In this document: positions 12,729 to 27,181 of the stretch, in pieces
Numbering within the stretch: the first letter of the stretch is position 1
How the letters are laid out: each line of letters starts with the position of its first letter
Source of the DNA: Chrysomallon squamiferum
Lineage: Eukaryota > Animalia > Mollusca
Assembly: GCA_012295275.1 (NCBI GenBank)
Contig: CM022667.1
Span: 14,012,001-14,076,000 of the forward strand
DNA: 64,000 nucleotides
Direction: 5' to 3'
The notes under the pieces: generated by a model
Databases searched by the model: none
What the model was told of the DNA's origin: nothing
The model's input: the letters and a program-made list of their open reading frames with translations, nothing else
Position numbers and translations under genes: made by a program

Positions 12729-13117
12729 GATACCGAAACAGGCCAAAATTTGGGGACCCACCCGTCATAACTTTTTATAGGACCTTCTTGAAATAGAAAT
12801 TGCTTTGAGAGGCCACAATTAGTCTAGACAACAGACAAGTCAATAATTTCTCAAAGAGCGATTTACAGTGTCTACCCATTTCCATCCCATTCTCAATCTC
12901 TTGGAGTTTAGCGTAGTCCTAGTTCTTAAAACCCAATTCTATCACTTTATTTGACAGATACTTTACATTTTGCAGATATTAAACGGACATATATATATAA
13001 ATACGGAACTGCCTGTTTTCTTTCTGACCTTCTTTATTTATTTAATTTAAAAAAATAAAAAAATATCGTTTTTCTTTATTTCGTTTTTTTTTTTTTTTTT
13101 TTTTTTGTGTTTGAAAA

Positions 13118-13157
<40 letters not shown>

Positions 13158-13445
13158 ACAATAAGTAAGTAAATAAAATAAAATAAAATAATAAATAATA
13201 CAAAGTGGCACGGTTTGATTAGCTTTACCATTTGAAAACAAAGCAGAAAATGACGTAATTTAGTAGCAGACGTCATCAACAAGACCGTCTTTTTTAAAAC
13301 TATTAATTTGTCTTATTATACCAAAACTACTACTACTAATAACAACAACAGCAATAATAATAATAAAAAAGAAAGAGTAAAAAAAAAGAATACTGACATT
13401 TAATAAGTCATATTATTAAACTCTCAAATATTGTATTTTCTAGAC

Positions 13446-15234
13446 ATGAAATTACTGTTCCCTCTCTGCATTCTGTCAGGTAAAATTTAATTTCTTATTA
13501 TATTTAAATATTTTTCTTTCACAGACACATGCATTACATACTGAAGAAAAAAATATTACTGTTTATGTGTTATTAGTACTATTATTATTAATTGTCATAT
13601 ACCTACTATATATAAAGACAAAACTGTAGACTTAGCATGTTTCATTCAGCAGTAGTACATTAACGTATGCATTTATTTTTTGAAACATGATTATTTACAG
13701 TTTTTAATTTCATTTTCTGTAATATTTTAGTTTAATGCTAATTCTTTGCCATTCACCAGATATTCATTCATATAACGCCAATAAGAAAACTTAATAATAA
13801 ACTGCTAATTCTGTTACATGGTATGTTGTAACGACATTTTTGAATACATTGTTTATTTCAGTAATAATACACATGGCTTTTTGCGAATGTGATACTGACG
13901 CAGCGAAAACGTGCAGAATTGAATTCTTGCACGAAGTCGATAGTGCAAAGCGCAAAGCTGATAAATGCCGGTATGTTCGTACGAAAATAAGCTATATAGA
14001 TTTTCTATTTTTTTTTTTTTTTTTTTTTTTTTTTTGTTGTTGTTGTTGTTCTTTTATTTATTTATTTATTTATTTATTATTATTTTTTACGTATCACTTA
14101 TTTATTCAGTAATTAACTGATTAATATTGCTTTTTGTATTGTCAAGATTATATACATTTCCTTCATTCGCAATCACTGTCATAAACCAAACTGTTTTTAC
14201 TTTAATTGAATATTTTTGCCATATAACTAATAATAATAAATGTTCTATACTTCAGCATAGCACAGAAAATGATGAGCTGTTTCATAGAAACCAACTGTTT
14301 TAATAACCAAACCAAGACTGGTGAAATACCAGCCCTGAAAAAAGTACTGAAGGAGAACTGCGGTACGTTTTCTTCACGTGTTAAACACCAACGTTTTCAC
14401 AACAACAACAACAACAATAATATTAATAATAATAATTAAAATAGTAATAATAGTAATAACAATAATTAATACATCTACATATATATGTATATACATATAT
14501 ATATATGTATGTATATACATACATATATATATATATATATATGAGCTATCTCTGTGTCTCTGTCTCTGTAATAATATTACAGGTGGTGTCATTGTCTCAC
14601 GCGCTGCACATAGCAGAGGTAAGTGATTCTTAAGTACATTAATAGCAGGATTCTTGTTTAGAATTGTAATTATGTGTAAGTATGTAAAATTTCTACTTTC
14701 ACTATTGAAACCAATAAAACGTTTAAACGTTGCTATTTCGTCTGCGGGAAAATCATCTCAATATGTACAATATATTCCCTAACGACTGTTTTGTTTCTCG
14801 AGACGAATCTGTAATAATAACAATAATAATATGGCGATGTAATCTTAAGATCCAAATTTATTATCAGAAGATTAGATGTAACAAGGCAAATCATCACTTG
14901 TACTGTTATTGATTCACTTTATGTAAAAATACCGTCTACGCCGGGTTTTTTTATTTTATTTCAGCTTCGAGCTTCTCATTTATATTTCTGTCGATCGATT
15001 AGAGAACTTCTATTATCATAAGATTAGTATTTTTCTGAACGCCTGTTAGATTTTTTGTTTCTGCACCAATCAGCTGAAATATGTGTGCATGCTAACAAAT
15101 ATATGTTAATATTCAAAATGAATTACCAAATATTTGTCGATTCAATTTGTTTTACAGCTGAGCACCAGACACGCAGATCTCTGTTGTCGATGTGGATTGG
15201 AATAGTGATCTCGTTCGTGATTTTAAGCAAATAG
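13446..15234 (+). CDS. Six-Cys GPI-type protein, type B copy B2 (120 aa)
   Basis: Exons 13446-13479, 13862-13970, 14256-14362, 14583-14618, 15158-15234. Differs from B1 by N->S (MMSC) and P->S (VIVSR). Confidence 0.88.
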
Positions 15235-15624
15235 ACAGAATTAACATTGAAAAAACCCATCTGTGTCTAAGCCTCAAAACATCTATCTTTAATAAAAAAT
15301 TAAAATATTGAAATTGAAATAATAATAAATATGAGTAAATAATTTAATCTTCATTGTTATGAATTTGAAGATATATCCTGTTTAAAAATAAATTAATGTT
15401 TCTAATATCAGCATTTGTTATAATGTACTTTCAAGTTTTTCTTTCGTTTCGTAATGTAAAGACGTTATATTATTATTATTATTATTATTAGTAGTAGTAG
15501 TAGTAGTAGTAGTAATAGTAGTAGTAGTAGTAATAGTAGTAGTAGTATCATTATCATAATTATTTTTATTATCATTCATTATCATCATAATCATCACTAT
15601 TATTAGCATTCTTCTTCATTATTA

Positions 15625-15668
<44 letters not shown>

Positions 15669-15885
15669 TCAACGTTTGAAATAACTGCAGTCAAAATGTT
15701 TTGTACATTAAATGTAAATATTATTTACAGTTATATTTTAGTTAAATGCTAATTAATAATAATTTATATTAAATGTGTTGACGTTTTGTAATGATTATAA
15801 TCAGAAACGTTACAATTTAATAACAATACACTTTTTAACTGTGTAACACATACATAAATATATTCATAAATACATACATACATAC

Positions 15886-15946
<61 letters not shown>

Positions 15947-16781
15947 CATACCAAGTATTCATATAATTTCAGTAAGAATTTTATAAACTGCTAATTCTAT
16001 TAAATGGCATGTTCTGATGATCGGTCACAGTTCTACTGACAATTTTGCAAAACTATAGTTCTGAATTTATTTCCATGCAACACATTTGTTTTTTTGTAAA
16101 TGCGATAAAACAAACTGTTGAAGTAAGAGTGAATATCTTAATCTATCTCTGTATATCTCTCTTTTCTTGTGTCCTTATCAGTTAGCACGTACACAGAAAA
16201 TACTGCCAGAGTTTGAATCCTTCAAAATTATACTTTGTACATTTTCTTACTTCTTTAGTTAGAATTTTAGTAATTATTATTACCATTTATTTTATCTTTT
16301 ATATTTAAAATAACATTATTTTCTGTTCTTAAGCAATAAGCAAAGACCATTTCGGCTAAACACGTTTTACAATTGACGAAGTTCAAAATCTGTTCCTCAG
16401 CACTTTTCAGGCACAGGACAAGTTAATTAGTAATTTAAGAGAAATTATTACGCAGAGAAAATCCATCGATATTTGACAGAATGTCACGCGATCACCTTCA
16501 GTAGCAAATAACTTTTTCAAAATTTGATTAGAAACATTTACTTTTGTCAAATTATTCTTCATTCGATATTCACCTTTCAAATCAAGTTTTAGGGAAACAA
16601 ATCAATTTCTGACCAAAATAATAAATAAAATAAAATAAAATAAAATAAAATAAAATAAATGAATAAATTGATAATAAATAAATATACAAAAAATATTACG
16701 TTCACTGAGAAATGAAGGGTAAAAAAAATATGACTCTGTATATCGTGTACTTCAGTGTCTAAGCCTCAAACGCATCTATTT

Positions 16782-16850
<69 letters not shown>

Positions 16851-17121
16851 GCAACAACAACATACAGAGGTGCTGAATACGATAGCATCTATCATGCTTG
16901 ATGCAGTAAACTCACACAACGTTGTTTGAAAATATTTTTCTACTTTCAAAATACTATAATAACAAAAAAACTCACGTTTAAATATACACAAGTGAAAGCT
17001 ATTTTACTAATAATTGATTTACAAATAGACGTAGCAGGCCACTGGGGCTTAGGGTGTACGAGTGTATGTATGTATGTATGTATGTATATATATATATATA
17101 TATATATATAGATATATATAT

Positions 17122-17862
17122 CTTGACTTACGCGACGTGTTTAATTTATTCCGAGCTCCTATCTCAATTTGCTCGTATATCAAATTAGTTTTCCAACTGA
17201 AATTAATTGAAATACCATTAATCCGTTCCAGCCCTCTCAAAAACCATATATTGATAACAAAATAAAATAAATAAATAAAAAAAAAAAAAAAAAAAAAAAA
17301 TAAATAAAAGAGAATGTAAAGAAATAAACTGGTTTTGTAAAGTGTATTTATCTCGGAGATCAGACAAATTATTTTAACGCCATTGGCGGGACTTACAGCC
17401 TTTTGTCGACTCCTTCTGCTTCAGCATGGTACATATCGTAGAAGTACTACGCTCGTAATGCCTAGCCAAGTCGACTACATGTACACCTCGCTCATGTTTT
17501 TCTATGAATTCAATCTTTAATTCAATGGACATCATCCGCTTCTTCTTCTCAGCACTGTCCTTTCCACTGACTTTCTTAGGATTTGTGGCCAGAAAATAGA
17601 GATTTGGCAGAATACTGCATTAAATGGACCACAACACAGCAGAGATGCTTTCGCGGCCAGGTAACCACGCCAAGTAAACGAACGAGGCTAGGGATGCTGT
17701 CCGCATGTTACGTTGATTGTTGCGCCAACTAGCGGCGGCGTATCTGAAGCTCGCTCGTTACTCGGATTTTGGCTCGCAACTCAAAGCAAAAGATCGACAG
17801 GGCGACTGCTCTTAACTCGAAAAACACGTAAGTTGGGGCACTCTTAAGTCGAGGTACCACTG
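17122..17862 (-). mobile_element. Tigger/pogo-type remnant, copy T3
   Basis: Same termini and HTH fragment as T2. Confidence 0.8.
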
Positions 17863-17871
17863 TATATATAC

Positions 17872-17911
<40 letters not shown>

Positions 17912-18319
17912 GTAAATCCCGTGATTACTTTTCATAGGATCTTCTTCAAATAGAAATTGCTTTGCGTGGCCCGAGTTAATGTAGCTAACAGGCAAGTCAG
18001 TAACTTCTCAAGGAGCGATTTACAGTGTCTGCCCATTTCCATCGCATCCTCAATCTCATGGAGTTTAGCGTAGTCCTAGTTCTTAAAACCGAATTCTATC
18101 ACTTTATTTGACAGATACTTTACATTTTACAGATATTAAAAAATAAAAATTAAAAAAATACGGAACTCTGTTTTCTTTCAGTCTTTCTTTATTTATATCA
18201 TGTTTTTATTTATTACTGTTTTTGTTTATGTTTCTTTATTTCTTTTTCTTTTATTTTTTGTGTTGAAAATGAAAAATACAAAATAATAATAATAATAATA
18301 AGAATAAAGATAATAAGAA

Positions 18320-18355
<36 letters not shown>

Positions 18356-18625
18356 AAAAAATAAAATAAATGATAAAATTTGATTAGTTTTAGCTTTTGA
18401 AAACTTGGCTAGGAAGTGACGTAATTTATTGGCAGACGTTGTTAACGGTTATTACAACAAAACTAATTTCGCTGTATTGTTTTCACGAAGTTTATATTTA
18501 TTGCTTATCACAAGAGGTATCACTGAATATTTTTCTATAATATGTTGTTCTGCTACTAATAGGAATGAAAAGAAAACATTCAGTAAATCTTTTGTATTTT
18601 TGTTTTAGTTCTAATTAAAAAAAAC

Positions 18626-18690
<65 letters not shown>

Positions 18691-18705
18691 GAATAATAAT
18701 AAGAA

Positions 18706-18762
<57 letters not shown>

Positions 18763-18876
18763 CAACAACAAGAACAATAATAATAAAAGAGAGAGTAAAA
18801 ACATTTTGACATTCAGTAAGTCATATTATCGAACTCACCTTTACTAAATAATATTTGTATTTTCTAGCAAAGTAAG

Positions 18877-19986
18877 ATGAGATTGTTGTTCGCTCTCTGC
18901 ATTATGTCTGGTAAAATTTAATTTCTCATCATTGTCAAATCTCTTTCTTTCCCACACACACACTCCCACACACACACAAACACACAGACTGAATGTATGT
19001 CTTTATTTTTTGTAAATGAATATTTATAGTCGTTTCAGTTTCATTTTCAGTAATATTATAGTTTAATGCTAATTCTTTCAAAATGTAATATTGAATGCTT
19101 TGACGTTTACTATAAAGGATGTAACAGAAATGTTTGGTAACTGTGTGTATGTGTGTGTGTGTGTGCGTGCGTGTGTGTTTGTACGTATAACTGCGGACAG
19201 ATACCGGTACACGCACGCACTGACGCCAAATGTTCATATAACGTCAATAAGATTTTTACAAACTGGTAATTCTGTTACATGATATGTTCTAATGACATTT
19301 TTGAAAAACTGCAGCTATAATACATTGTTTATTTCAGTAACAATACACTCGGGATTTTGTAAATGTGATGTTCCGACAGTGAAAAATTGCATCCGTGAAT
19401 TCCTGAGGAAAAACACAGAACTGAAGAGAAGACTGGAGAAATGCAGGTATGTTCGTACATAAATAAACTATAGTAGATTTTTATTTATGTTTGTATTTAC
19501 TGATTGACTGATTGGTTGATTGATTGATTGATTGATTTATATATTTTTTATATATCATTTATTTATTTCGTAATTAATTGATTAGTATTGTTTTTGTAGA
19601 TATTATACTTATTATTTATATTTTGTTCACATATATATATATATATATACACTTCAAAACAAAAATTTCATTCATTCGCAGTCACTGTTATAAACCAAAT
19701 TGTTTTCCTTTTAACTGAATGTTTTTGTCGTATAAATAATAATAGTAATAAATTTACTATACTTCAGCAATGTAAAGACTATGATAAGCTGTGCGAAAAA
19801 AACAGATTGTGTTGATTACCCTAGCAAGGTCTATACTATGGAACAACTGGAAAAAGCAGAGAAGGAAAACTGCAGTATGTTTACCTGTATACACAAGGAT
19901 TCTTCACATGTTAAACACGAACGTTTTCACAATAATCATAATAATAATAATAACAATAATAATAATAGTAATGATATATATATATG

Positions 19987-20046
<60 letters not shown>

Positions 20047-20636
20047 ATGTATGATACGTTAGTAATACATTAGTAATAATATTACAGTTACTAATAAGGA
20101 TTCGAGTCACGAACATAGCAAAGGTAAGTAATTTTTAAGCAGGGTTCTTGTTTATGTATGCTTAAGTATGTAAAATTACTACTTTCAATTAGTATATTCC
20201 CTAACGATTTTTTTGTTTGTCGAGACGAATCTGTAATAATAATAATAATAATAATATGGCGATGTAATCTTAAGGTCCAAATTTATTATCAGAAGATTAG
20301 ATGTAACAAGGAAAATCATCACTTGTACTATTACTGATTCACTTTATGTAAAAATACGTCTACCCCGTTTTTTATTTCAACTTCGAATCTTGTAATTTTT
20401 ATTTCTGTCGATCGATTAGAGTCATCCTGATAACACTGGATTAGCCTGTTAGGTTCTTGTTTCTGCACTAGTCAGTTGAAGTGTGTGTACTTAGTAACAA
20501 ATATATGTTAATACTGAAAATGCACTACGAAATATTCATTGAATCAATTTGTTTTTCAGGTGAGCACCAGACACGTAGATCTCTGTTCTCGATCTTGATT
20601 GGAATAATGATCTGTTTCATCATTTTAAGCAACTAG
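18877..20636 (+). CDS. Six-Cys GPI-type protein, type A copy A3 (120 aa)
   Basis: Exons 18877-18910, 19338-19446, 19768-19874, 20088-20123, 20560-20636: MRLLFALCIMSVTIHSGFCKCDVPTVKNCIREFLRKNTELKRRLEKCSNVKTMISCAKKTDCVDYPSKVYTMEQLEKAEKENCITNKDSSHEHSKGEHQTRRSLFSILIGIMICFIILSN*. Confidence 0.88.
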
Positions 20637-20893
20637 ACAGAACTGACATTGAAAAAAACCAAAAACAAACATCTCTGTCCAAGCTTCAAAACATCTATCT
20701 TTAATAAAAAATAATAAATATGAGTAAATAATTTAATCTTCATTGTTATGAATTTGAAGATATATCCTGTTTAAAAATAAATTAATGTTTCTAATATCAG
20801 CATTTGTTATAATGTATTTTCAAGTTTTTCTTTCGTTTCATAATGTAAAGAAGTTATAATAATAATAATAATAACAATAATAATAATAATAAC

Positions 20894-20965
<72 letters not shown>

Positions 20966-21319
20966 CAAGTGTATGTGTGTGTATTTGAAACAACAGCAGA
21001 GGACTCAATGTGTTTATATATACCGACAACAGTATATACTTTACGAAATATGTTGTGTATGTGTGTAGTTGCATTTATTACATTTGTAATAACAAAAGAT
21101 AAAAACTGTAGCAATAACTGCAATTAAAATGTTTTGTACATTAAATGTAAATATTTATTTACAGTTATATTTTAGTTAAATGCTAATTAATAATAATTTA
21201 TATTAAATGTGTTGACGTTTTGTAATGATTATAATCAGAAACGTTACAATTTAATAACATTAAACTGTTTAACTGTGTAACACATACATAAATATATTCA
21301 TAAATACATACATACATAC

Positions 21320-21362
<43 letters not shown>

Positions 21363-22194
21363 CCAAGTATTCATATAATTTCAGTAAGAATTTTATAAAC
21401 TGCTAATTCTATTAAATGGCATGTTCTGATGATCGGGCACAGTTCTACTGACAATTTTGCAAAACTATAGTTCTGAATTTATTTCCATGCAACACATTTG
21501 TTTTTTTGTAAATGCGATAAAACAAACAGTTGAAGTAAGAGTGAATATCTTAATCTATCTCTGTATATCTCTCTTTGATTGTGTCCTTATAAGTTAGCAC
21601 GTACACAGAAAATATAGCCAGAGTTTGAAGGCTTCAAAATTATACTTTGTACATTTTCTTACTTCTTTAGTTAGAATTTTAGTAATTATTATTACTATTT
21701 ATTTTATCTTTTATATTTAAAAAAAAATTATTTACCGTTCTTAAGCAATAAGCAAAGACCATTTCAGCTAAACACGTTTTACAATTGACGAAGTTCAAAA
21801 ATCTGTTCCTCAGCACTTTTCAGGCACAGGACAAGTTAATGAGTAATTTAAGAGAAATTATTACGCAGAGAAACTCCATCGATATTTGACTTGATGTCAC
21901 GCGATCACCTTCAGTAGCAAATAACTTTTTCAAAATTTGATTAGAAAAATTTACTTTTGTCAAATTATTCTTCATTCGATATTCACCTTTCAAATCAAGT
22001 TTTAGGGAAACAAATCAATTTCTGACCAAAATAATAAATAAAATAAAATAAAATAAAATAAAATAAAATAAATGAATAAATTGATAATAAATAAATAAAC
22101 AAAAAATATTACGTTCACTGAGAAATGAAGGGTAAAAAAAATATGACTCTGTATATAGTGTACTTCAGTGTCTAAGCCTCAAACGCATCTATCT

Positions 22195-22251
<57 letters not shown>

Positions 22252-22498
22252 GCAACAACAACATACAGAGGTGCTGAATACGATAGCATCTATCATGCTT
22301 GATGCAGTAAACTCACACAACGTTGTTTGAAAATATTTTTCTACTTTCAAAATACTATAATAACAAAAAAACTCACGTTTAAATATACACAAGTGAAAGC
22401 TATTTTACTAATAATTGATTTACAAATAGACGTAGCAGGCCACTGGGGCTTAAGGCGTACGGGTGTATGTACGTATGTATGTATGTATATATATATAT

Positions 22499-22643
22499 CT
22501 TGACTTATGAGACGTGTTTAATTTGTTCCGAGTCCTTTCTCAATTTGCTCGTATATCAAATCAGTTTTCCAACTGAAATTAATTGAAATACCATTAATCC
22601 ATTCCAGCCCCCTCAAAAACCACATATTGTTAACAAAATAAAA

Positions 22644-22676
<33 letters not shown>

Positions 22677-23238
22677 TAAATGAAAGAGAATGTAAAGAAA
22701 TAAACTGGTTTTGTAAAGTGTATTTATCTCGGAGATCAGACAAATTATTTTAACGCCATTGGCTGGACTTACAGCCTTTTGTCGACTCCTTCTGCTTCAG
22801 CATGGTACATATCGTAGAAGTACTACGTTCGTAATGCCTAGCCAAGTCGACAACATGTACACCTCGCTCATGTTTTTCTATGAATTCAATCTTTAATTCA
22901 ATGGACATCATCCGCTTCTTCTTCTCAGCACTGTCCTTTCCACTGACTTTCTTAGGATCTGTGGCCAGAAAATAGAGATTTGGCAGAATACTGCACTAAA
23001 TGGACCACAGCACAGCAGAGATGCTTCCGCGGCGAGGTAACCACGCCAAGTAAACGAACGAGGCTAGGGGTGCTGTCCGCATGTTACGTTGATTGTTGCG
23101 CCAACTAGCGGCGGCGTATCTGAAGCTCGCTCGTTACTCGGATTTTGGCTCGCAACTCAAAGCAAAAGATCGACAGGGCGACTGCTCTTAACTCGAAAAA
23201 CACGTAAGTTGGGGCACTCTTAAGTCGAGGTACCACTG
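22499..23238 (-). mobile_element. Tigger/pogo-type remnant, copy T4
   Basis: Same termini and HTH fragment. Shares diagnostic variants with T1 (aaatgaaagag, tactacgttcg). Confidence 0.8.
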
Positions 23239-23247
23239 TATATATAC

Positions 23248-23278
<31 letters not shown>

Positions 23279-23755
23279 GGTGTGCGCATACACAGACACA
23301 CACATACACATGCATATATACACAGAAACATATGGGATGCCAAAAGATGCCAAAATATTGGTGGAAACAAGTAGGTAAATCCCGTGATCACTTTTTATAG
23401 GATCTTCTTCAAATAGAAATTGCTTTGCGCGGCCCGAGTTAATGTAGCTAACAGGCAAGTCAGTAATTTCTCAAGGAGCGATTTACAGTGTCTGCCCATT
23501 TCCATCGCATCCTCAATCTCATGGAGTTTAGCGTAGTCCTAGTTCTTAAAACCCAATTCTATCACTTTATTTGACAGATACTTTACATTTTACAGATATT
23601 AAAAAATAAAAATTAAAAAAATACGGAACTCTGTTTTCTTTCAGTCTTTCTTTGTTTATTTCATGTTATTTATTTATTACTATTTTTTTTGTTTGTTTCT
23701 TTCTTTTTCTTTATTTTTTGTGTTGAAAATGAAAAATGTAAAATGAAAAAATAAA

Positions 23756-23790
<35 letters not shown>

Positions 23791-24083
23791 TAATAAGAAT
23801 AAATAAATAATAAAAAATAAAATAAATGATAAAATTTGATTAGTTTTAGCTTTTGAAAACTAGGCTAGGAAATGACGTAATTTATTGGCAGACGTTGTTA
23901 ACGGTTATTACAACAAAACTAATTTCTCTGTATTGTTTTCACGAAGTTTATATTTACTGCTTATCACAAGAGGTATCACTGAATATTTTTCTATAATATG
24001 TTGTTCTGCTACTAATAGGAATGAAAATAAAACATTCAGTAAATCTTTTGTCGTTTTGTTTTAGTTCTAATTAAAAAAAAAAC

Positions 24084-24123
<40 letters not shown>

Positions 24124-24228
24124 TAAAAATAATAATAAAAGAGAGAGGAAAAACATTTTGGCATTCTGTAAGTCATATTATCGAACTCACCTTTACTAAA
24201 TAATATTTGTATTTTCTAGCAAAATAAG

Positions 24229-24296
24229 ATGAGATTATTGTTCGTTCTCTGCATTATGTCTGGTAAAATTTAATTTCTCATTATTGTCAAATCTCT

Positions 24297-24357
<61 letters not shown>

Positions 24358-24817
24358 TGAATGTATGTCTTTATTTTTTTTTAAATGAATATTTATGGTC
24401 GTTTCAGTTTCATTTTCAGTAATATTATAGTTTAATGCTAATTCTTTCAAAATTTAATATTGAATGCTTTGACGTTTACTATAAAGGATGTAACAGAAAT
24501 GTTTGGTAACTGTGTGTATGTGTGTGTGTGTGTGTGCGTGCGTGTGCGTTTGTACGTATAACTGCGGACAGATACCGGTACACGCACGCACTGACGCCAA
24601 ATGTTCATATAACGTCAATAAGATTTTTACAAACTGGTAATTCTGTTACATGATATGTTCTAATGACATTTTTGAAAAACTGCAGCTATAAAACATTGTT
24701 TATTTCAGTAACAATACACTCGGGATTTTGTAAATGTGATGTTCCGACAGTGAAAAATTGCATCCGTGAATTCCTGAGGAAAAACACAGAACTGAAGAGA
24801 AAAGTGGAGAAATGCAG
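24229..24817 (+). pseudogene. Type A copy A4, exons 1-2 followed by the assembly gap (probably truncated like A1/A2)
   Basis: Exons 24229-24262 and 24709-24817 are intact. Sequence after the gap resumes in B-upstream DNA equivalent to about 4207. Confidence 0.65.
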
Positions 24818-25004
24818 GTATGTTCGTACATAAATAAACTATAGTAGGTTTTTATTTATGCTTGTATTTACTGATTGATTGATTGGTTGATTCATTCATT
24901 GATTTATTTATATATTTTTTATATATCATTTATTTATTTCGTAATTAATTGATTAGTATTGTTTTTGTAGATATTATACATATACTTATTATTTATATTT
25001 TGTT

Positions 25005-25204
25005 NNNNNNNNNNNNNNNNNNNNNNNNNNNNNNNNNNNNNNNNNNNNNNNNNNNNNNNNNNNNNNNNNNNNNNNNNNNNNNNNNNNNNNNNNNNNNNNN
25101 NNNNNNNNNNNNNNNNNNNNNNNNNNNNNNNNNNNNNNNNNNNNNNNNNNNNNNNNNNNNNNNNNNNNNNNNNNNNNNNNNNNNNNNNNNNNNNNNNNNN
25201 NNNN
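25005..25204. other. Assembly gap (200 N)
   Basis: Run of exactly 200 n, a placeholder length. Confidence 0.99.
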
Positions 25205-25444
25205 AAATCAAAAGACATTTACCAATAGGCTTAGCAGGCTTTTTGCACCTGGGGTCTAACGAGTATCTGGGGGCCTAGTGAAACTCGTTTGCTGTACTTC
25301 ATGTGCTGTCAAATTTCATTATTCTTTAAGTTAACTGCATTTCTTTCATTATTTCAGTATATAAGATGTTCATTATATAAAACTAATTTGATTAAAAGTA
25401 ATGAATTGTTACATTCTTATTTCTTTCATTGTACTATTATATTA

Positions 25445-25486
<42 letters not shown>

Positions 25487-26197
25487 GATACCGAAACAGG
25501 CCAAAATTTGGGGACCCACCCGTCATAACTTTTTATAGGACCTTCTTGAAATAGAAATTGCTTTGAGAGGCCACAATTAGTCTAGACAACAGACAAGTCA
25601 ATAATTTCTCAAAGAGCGATTTACAGTGTCTACCCATTTCCATCCCATTCTCAATCTCTTGGAGTTTAGCGTAGTCCTAGTTCTTAAAACCCAATTCTAT
25701 CACTTTATTTGACAGATACTTTACATTTTGCAGATATTAAACGGACATATATATATAAATACGGAACTGCCTGTTTTCTTTCTGACCTTCTTTATTTATT
25801 TAATTTAAAAAAATAAAAAAATAAAAAAATATCGTTTTTCTTTATTTCGTTTTCTTTTTTTTTTTTTTTTGTGTTTGAAAATAAAAAAAAAAGATATATA
25901 TATATATATATAACAATAAGTAAGTAAATAAAATAAAATAAAATAATAAATAATAGAAAGTGGCACGGTTTGATTAGCTTTACCATTTGAAAACAAAGCA
26001 GAAAATGACGTAATTTAGTAGCAGACGTCATCAACAAGAGTGTCTTTTTTAAAACTATTAATTTGTCTTATTATACCAAAACTACTACTACTAATAACAA
26101 CAACAGCAATAATAATAATAAAAGAAAGAGTAAAAAAAAGAATACTGACATTTAATAAGTCATATTATTAAACTCTCAAATATTGTATTTTCTAGAC

Positions 26198-27146
26198 ATG
26201 AAATTACTGTTCCCTCTCTGCATTCTGTCAGGTAAAATTTAAATTCTTATTATATTTAAATATTTTTCTTTCACAGTAACACGCATACATACTGAAGAAA
26301 AATATTACTGTTTATGTGTTATTAGTACTATTATTATTAATTGTCATATACCTACTATATATAAAGACAAAACTGTAGACTTAGCATGTTTCATTCAGCA
26401 GTAGTACATTAACGTATGCATTTATTTTTGAAACATGATTATTTACAGTTTTTAATTTCATTTTCTGTAATATTTTAGTTTAATGCTAATTCTTTGCCAT
26501 TCACCAGATATTCATTCATATAACGCCAATAAGAAAACTTAATAATAAACTGCTAATTCTGTTACATGGTATGTTGTAACGACATTTTTGAATACATTGT
26601 TTATTTCAGTAATAATACACATGGCTTTTTGCGAATGTGATACTGACGCAGCGAAAACGTGCAGAATTGAATTCTTGCACGAAGTCGATAGTGCAAAGCG
26701 CAAAGCTGATAAATGCCGGTATGTTCGTACGAAAATAAGCTATATAGATTTTCTATTTTTTTTTTTTTTTTTTTTGTTGTTGTTGTTGTTGTTGTTGTTA
26801 TTTTTTTATTTATTTATTTATTTATTATTATTTTTTACGTATCACTTATTTATTCAGTAATTAACTGATTAATATTGCTTTTTGTATTGTCAAGATTATA
26901 TACATTTCCTTCATTCGCAATCACTGTCATAAACCAAACTGTTTTTACTTTAATTGAATATTTTTGCCATATAACTAATAATAATAAATGTTCTATACTT
27001 CAGCATAGCACAGAAAATGATGAGCTGTTTGATAGAAACCAACTGTTTTAATAACCAAACCAAGACTGGTGAAATACCAGCCCTGAAAAAAGTACTGAAG
27101 GAGAACTGCGGTACGTTTTCTTCACGTGTTAAACACCAACGTTTTC

Positions 27147-27181
<35 letters not shown>

